NCBI GenBank assembly: GCA_002269645.1 | Contig: NIVC01000106.1 | Span: 434,001-498,000 of the forward strand | DNA length: 64,000 bases | DNA from: Macrostomum lignano | Taxonomy: Eukaryota | Direction: 5' to 3' | In this document: in pieces, positions 58,000-64,000 of the stretch | Layout: every line of letters starts with the position of its first letter | Position numbering within the stretch: the first letter of the stretch is position 1 | Notes under the pieces: model-generated | Told to the model about the DNA's origin: nothing | The model's input: only the letters and a program-made list of their open reading frames with translations | Databases searched by the model: none | Made by a program: the position numbers and the translations under genes

Positions 58000-58827
58000 G
58001 GCACTCACCGGTTACTATTTGTGAACTGTGCTGTGAGGATTCAGAAGCAAAACAGTAAAGTTATGCCTGTGGCTTCTCTGCTCCAAAAAGCCAATGCAGT
58101 CTAAAAAAATTCTCGAGTTTGCCTGAGGCCGATGTGAGCTGACGCGCTCCAAGAGGCCCCTTCTGCATCTCTTAAAGAGATGCTCGAAACGAAGAAAGGC
58201 AGAAAAGAAGGCAGACAGAGAGAGCAGCAAGCAGATGGAGAACAATAGCGAGCTCAGCATCCATGCCCGCCTCTGTGCACCCAGCCTGATGAAGCTACTG
58301 TATTGAATTGAGCTGAATTGTTTTCAGATGCTCGGACAGGTAAAGGGCTGCCACTGCACTCATACGGTCTTGAGCATAGAGACAGCTCTGGCCCCCTATG
58401 CTGTTGCTAGGCAGCTCAGACCCCAACCTCACAGAGGTGGAATCGAACTCGGAGACGGAGTGCTGGGGAAGGCGGGGACCCCAAAGGTATTGAACTGAAT
58501 GGTCAATTGAAATGACAGCAGTGCACAGTTTTAAAGCACAGTTGCACAGTTTTAATTTTGTACAAGCGATTCGGTAAGACTTCGGTAAGAGAGTGTTTTC
58601 ATATTTGAAAAAATGTCGAAAACGCTGCTTGCTATTCCTGCTCTAGAGAAGTGTGCTGGCTGTCTAATGGTGGGTGCGTTAGATAAGGGGCAAGGGGCTG
58701 CAGGTCGGGAATGCAGGTTGTCTGTTAGATCACAACTAAGGTCCTTATAGTACATTTTCATGTAATGACTCGCTAAAGTAAAAAAGTAACGAATAGTCCC
58801 TACAGTCAGAATCAGGAATCAGAATTA

Positions 58828-59632
58828 GGAATCAGGTTTGGGGATCAGGATTGGGGATCAGGATTGGGGATCAGGATTGGGGATCAGGATTGAGGATCAG
58901 GATTGGGGATCAGGATTGGGGATCAGGATTGGGGATCAGGATTGGGGATCAGAATTGGGGATCAGGATTGGGGATCAGAATTGGGGATCAGGATTGGGGA
59001 TCAGGATTGGGGATCAGGATTGGGGATCAGGATTGGGGATCAGGATTGGGGATCAGGATTGGGGATCAGGATTGGGGATCAGGATTGGGGATCAGGATTG
59101 GGGATCAGGATTGGGGATCAGGATTGGGGATCAGGATTGGGGATCAGGATTGGGGATCAGGATTGGGGATCAGGATTGGGGATCAGGATTGGGGATCAGG
59201 ATTGGGGATCAGGATTGGGGATGGAGATTGAGGATCAGGATTGGGGATGGAGATTGAGGATCAGGATTGGGGATGGAGATTGAGAATCAGGATTGGGGAT
59301 CAGGATTGGGGATCAGAATTGGGGATCAGGATTGGGGATCAGGATTGGGGATCAGGATTGGGGATCAGGATTGGGGATCAGGATTGGGGATCAGGATTGG
59401 GGATCAGGATTGGGGATCAGGATTGGGGATCAGAATTGGGGATCAGGATTGGGGATCAGGATTGGGGATCAGGATTGGGGATCAGGATTGGGGATGGAGA
59501 TTGAGGATCAGGATTGGGGATCAGGATTGGGGATGGAGATTGAGGATCAGGATTGGGGATGGAGATTGAGGATCAGGATTGGGGATGGAGATTGAGAATC
59601 AGGATTGGGGATCAGGATTGGGGATCAGGATT
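58828..59632. repeat. 13-bp minisatellite (GGGGATCAGGATT)n, copy 3
   Basis: Direct periodicity and the same flanks. Confidence 0.98.
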
Positions 59633-59970
59633 ATTGGGAGTGAAACAGCCGGACACATTGAGACTGAGGAGATGCTCGACCATCCTTGCAGCGGTGCTAA
59701 AATCAAATAATTCAAAGATTCACTACTATAATTGCAGCCTTGGGGACAACAAAGTTAATAATTTTGAGTGTCATCCAGCAATAAAGCGAGTTTGAAGCTG
59801 TGGTTCAAGAATCGAAGCAGTAGGCTAATGCTCCCAAACTGGAGAACCTGATTTACTGGCACAATTATGTACATTAAATTTAAGAGTCAGATTCAAATAC
59901 ACTTGATGAAGAATTTTTACACAGCTGATGCCCTTTGCTACAGTTAGGGTACACAAGTGTTTTGTCAAAG

Positions 59971-60230
59971 ACAGCATCCGCGGTCGCATACTGGCGCACA
60001 TCGGCGACATCCGACACGCCCGCGACACTCCGGTGGCCCGCCACTTCACCAGCGATGGCCACAGCCTGGCAGACTTCGCCTTAACCGGCGTGTGGACTCA
60101 GGACGGCGCAGGACCGAAGGCCAATGAACGGCGTCAGCGCCAAGAAGCCAAGCTGATTGATGTCCTGAGGACCCGTTTTCCGCATGGCGCCAACGAGATT
60201 TTGGCCGTTGTGCAGCATCCGAGGCCCTAG
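59971..60230 (+). mobile_element. Penelope-like GIY-YIG 3' remnant (copy 3)
   Basis: Same deletion junction as 7625 (GTCAAAGACAG|CATCCG). Confidence 0.88.
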
Positions 60231-60927
60231 TTGTCATGGTGAGGGACCGGCTGGAACGACACTGCGAGGCCCCGGTGCTGCCAGCCTACACCAAGGGCAG
60301 GAGCCTCCGGGAGTTGCTCTGCCGCAGTCGGCTCGAACCTGCCAATTAACATATTCAGGTATTTTTGCTCTCCCTACTCTGCGTTTTTTCTGCTCCTCTG
60401 CCATTGTTTGTACTTGTTTGTTGACTCTGTCACCTTGTGCGGTGCGGTAACTCTTTCTACGCAACGTTTATTTCTTACCTATTTAATTTTTTTGTTTTAC
60501 ATTATCGGGTGATATTCTATTTGGAAATATCTTATTTGACATTTAAATGTCGGTAAGGCCTTCTTGTATTGTTGTAACAATTTATTTATTATCCAGTTTT
60601 TGTTTTTTATTCTATTTATTTTGATCTATTACTCATCATACTCAATCTATTTATTTTGCCAATTTATAGTTCTCGTATATTTCTCTATGTACTATCGTAT
60701 TTTAATTTTTACAATCAATCTTTGCCATAGCTTGACTGCGCATTTGGGGCAAAAAATGTGCGCCTCTCTCCCAGTAATGAAAATGGCAGTCCAGCACCCA
60801 TCCTCAGGATTCCCTGTTGCCACCGTGATGCCACCCTCGGTGCCTTTCCTTTTCCCCTCCTAAACTGATGATTTTAAATATTCTGCTTTTGTTTTAAACT
60901 CGCAGCATCCCCACTTTCTGTACTTCA

Positions 60928-62957
60928 TCGAAGCTGCTATTTTTTGTGCCGAGGCGCCGACGGACAAGCGACGAAGCTTCCGTGCTGTCAGCAGTTCGTC
61001 TAACCTCGGCTGTCTGGTGCCTGACGTTTGCGAGGACCTGCGACGTCTTCGTGGACTTGCCTGGGCTGCTTTCCGTTCCGTGAGGGTTGTCCTGCAGTCC
61101 GAGGCGCTGCCCGACTGCCAGAGGGCGGCGTTGTTCCAGGTGGTAATCGAGACCGTCCTGCTGTACAACGCCGAGACCTGGACGCTGACGGATTCGCTCG
61201 AACAGCTGGTCGATGCGGCGCACGCTGGCCTGCTGCGCGCCGCCTTCAAGATCGGCTACGAGCGAGTGACCAATGCGGCACTCTATCGCCGCACCGGCCT
61301 GTCCCGCCCCAGCGAACTGTTGCGCCGTCGGCGACTCCAGCTGGCAGGCCAGTTCATCCGAGCCGAGTCGTACTGCTCACAGCCGGTGCAGGAGGTGCTG
61401 CTACTGACGCTACAGGCACCCTACCGGCGGGGGCAGGCGCGTACTCGGCGTTTCGTCGACTGCCTGCTGGCTGATGCCGGCGCCCCGGACAACTGCCGGC
61501 GGCGCCGCCTAGGTTCGCGCCCAGGCCTTGAAACGCGCCTTGTGACATTGTCTGCTAACTGATTGACAACAACAACAACAACAACAACAACAAGGTACTG
61601 CTCCCGCCGGCCACGCAGTAGCCAGAAAGGGGGGAGCAGTCAGAAAGCGCGTCTCTGGGCCATTGCCCTCAGGAAGTCGCATCCCCCTGCTTGGTCCGGG
61701 GCGCCAGCGTCACTCAAAAGTCGGTTAGGGTATCGCACCGTTTGCCCTTGGCCTCGCCTCCGCGGTCCCTGCAGCTTGAGCAGCAGCACGTCGTGTAGCG
61801 GCTCAGGACAGCGGGCCTCCGACCGGATGACGTGGCCAGCCAGTCGAAGTCGCCGCCCGCGCAGCAGGTCAGAAGGCCGCGTCAGGCGCGCCCTAGTGTA
61901 GAGCGCGGCATTGGTCTCGCTGCCTGGGCCGCTGCGCACTCCGAAAGCCGCACGCAGCATTGCCGCATGCGCAGCGTCCAGCTGCCTCTCCAAGGCGTCC
62001 GTCAGGGTCCAAGTCTCGGCGTTGTACAACAGGACAGTCTCGACGACTGCCTGAAACAGCCGAGCCTTGAGCCCGTCGTCCAGGGCCTCAGATTGGAGCA
62101 CGGAGCGCACAGATCGAAATGCGGCCCAGGCCAGTCCTCGTCGTCTCTTCAGGTCGTCGGCAACGTCCGGCACGGAACCGCCGAGGTACACAAAGCGCTC
62201 GCAGCGGGTAAGCATAAATGCATTCCCGGCAGCGTCTCGGTAATTGATCTCGGCCGGCAAGTCGGAGGGCACCGTGAACACTACCGTCTTCCGCGCGTTC
62301 AGCTTAAGGCCGACCCGCGACGCTGCCGCCATCAGGCCATCAAGCAGCCGCTGGGCACCTTCAGCCGTCGATGAAAGTAGCGCGAGGTCGTCCGCGTAGC
62401 CGAGAACGGAGAGCCGCTTCTCCGGGTGCCACCGACTCGTGCGTCTTCTCAAAAGGAAGCCGTCATCCAGGTTGGGCAGGCCGGTTTTCAGCACCCAGTC
62501 CAGTGCCAGCACAAACAGAAAAGGCGCCAAAGTGTCACCCTGCAGCACGCCTGACGACGTGCTGAATTGATCTGACAGTCCATCTGGCGTCATCACCGAA
62601 GCGGTCGTGTCCTGGTACATCGCCATGATGGCGGAAATCAGTTGCTCCGGTACATTGTACGCACGAAGCACGAGAGGCAGCGCGCCGCGAGCCAGCGAGT
62701 CGAAGGCCTTGAGGAAATCAATGAAGATCACCACGAGACTTGACTGATGGATGCGCGCCTCCTCGATGATGCGGCGGAGGGCTAGGATCTGCGTCACTGT
62801 GCCGCGATGTGGGCGGAACCCGTTCTGCTCAGTTCGCAGGAACTGGTCCAGCACAGGCTGTAACCGAGCCAGCAGCACCCGGTTGAACAGCTTCGGTTGT
62901 CCACTCGCGGGGCGCGGCCTGCGAGGTTTGATTGACAACGTATTTTGTTGTTGTTGT
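60928..62957 (+). mobile_element. RTE-type LINE A, copy 3 (interrupted by LINE B)
   Basis: TSD TGTACTTCA at 60919-60927 and 62958-62966. Confidence 0.88.
61571..62928 (-). mobile_element. RTE-type LINE B, copy 3 (83-bp deletion near its 5' end)
   Basis: Same RT, (GTT)9 tail, TSD at 61560-61570 and 62929-62939. Confidence 0.93.
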
Positions 62958-64000
62958 TGTACTTCAGAAATATTCATACAAACGGATCAAGCGGCTCCAA
63001 TATGCATGTGCTCTGCCCGAGGTTTATTGGCCAGACTTTTAACCATTTGGAAGCCAAAGGCCTGCACTGCAGGCCATATCGAAACGGCCCAAAAATCCAG
63101 AGATTGAACAATGTCTATGGCATCAAAAACCATCTCCCAATCACTAAAGCAACTGCCCAGTATGGCCTGCTGTGCAGGTCATGATTGATTTAAAGAAGTC
63201 CATTGTGCATTTCCGTTATGTTTTCACTCAAATGTTAAAGGTGAAATAAGCGTGTGCAGTGAAAATGAGGTGATGCACAAATGTATGTTTTGGTCGTATT
63301 AAATGTAGCTAACTTTAATCACTTCACTTTCGTCTGGATTTTCTGGTAGATCGATGCTTGGATTGATGGTCGAAACCCTCGGAATTCCGGCCGTCATGGT
63401 CAAACGAGTTGTCATTTCGACCCTTTTTTACTGGGTCCAGGGGGCTAATTCAACCCATTCCGCGGTCGCCTCATCTTGGCTCTCATCAGTTTCTGGATCC
63501 ATACTTTCCGACTCCGTTTCTGACTCAAAAACCGTTGAGTCATCGCTTGATAAAGCGTCTTCCGAATCGGAATCGAGTCCCAGTCTGCGCAAGGCGTCAC
63601 TTTTAGCTGTCCTTATCGGGCGCGTAGAAGCAATTTGTGGGTAGGAAGGTTTGAACAGGAGCTAGCAGAAAAAGTCTGTGGTATACTTTACTTCTGGGCT
63701 TCTAGGGTGTGCACTCGATTCAGCAAAAAAGACAAATTTGTCTATGGACTGCTCTGCAGGCCTTTGAGCTTTTAAGCGATCTTACAGAACCAAGTTTGGT
63801 ATATAGCTATGATTATTTGGTAATATCAGATATTTGGCAATAATGAAGCTGAACTTGTGCTAAACGGCTCTGTTTTGTTTCAAACTGCTTTCTGTCTGCG
63901 TAGCAATGGATAAATAATCAGCGGTCCCAGTGTCGTGCTGCGACCGCTGATTATTTGCATTGTTATACTGCTTGATCATCCTACAAACAATGCATTGTTA

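Overview
Eukaryotic (animal, invertebrate-like) repeat-rich DNA; no prokaryotic genes, operons or CRISPR arrays. The window is a tandem array of a ~21-23 kb segmental unit: copy 1 = 1-21038, copy 2 = 21039-43937, and copy 3 = 43938-64000 (partial, split by an 11.6 kb insertion). The only intact host-like gene in the unit is a minus-strand ankyrin-repeat gene (14407-16974 and 37688-40255). It is built from nine near-identical 72-aa (216-bp) di-ankyrin modules whose variation is concentrated at the ligand-binding positions and whose module order is shuffled between copies, which suggests a diversifying recognition protein. The rest is transposon relics and simple repeats: two nested tail-to-tail RTE-type LINEs with TSDs, a Penelope-like RT/GIY-YIG element, Harbinger and BEL/Pao fragments, a non-autonomous P/THAP element (104-bp TIRs, 8-bp TSD), a Crypton-like tyrosine-recombinase derivative, palindromic MITEs, and (GACA)n, 13-bp and 14-bp arrays. 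The 11.6 kb insertion (45765-57365) has inverted ends and carries an 8.8 kb ~238-bp satellite made from its own end motif. Inside the satellite is a 297-bp MITE (14-bp TIR, 8-bp TSD) carrying a captured 28S rRNA fragment that spans the R2/I-PpoI/Pokey target site. All alignments and counts were done by eye, and no database searches were run.
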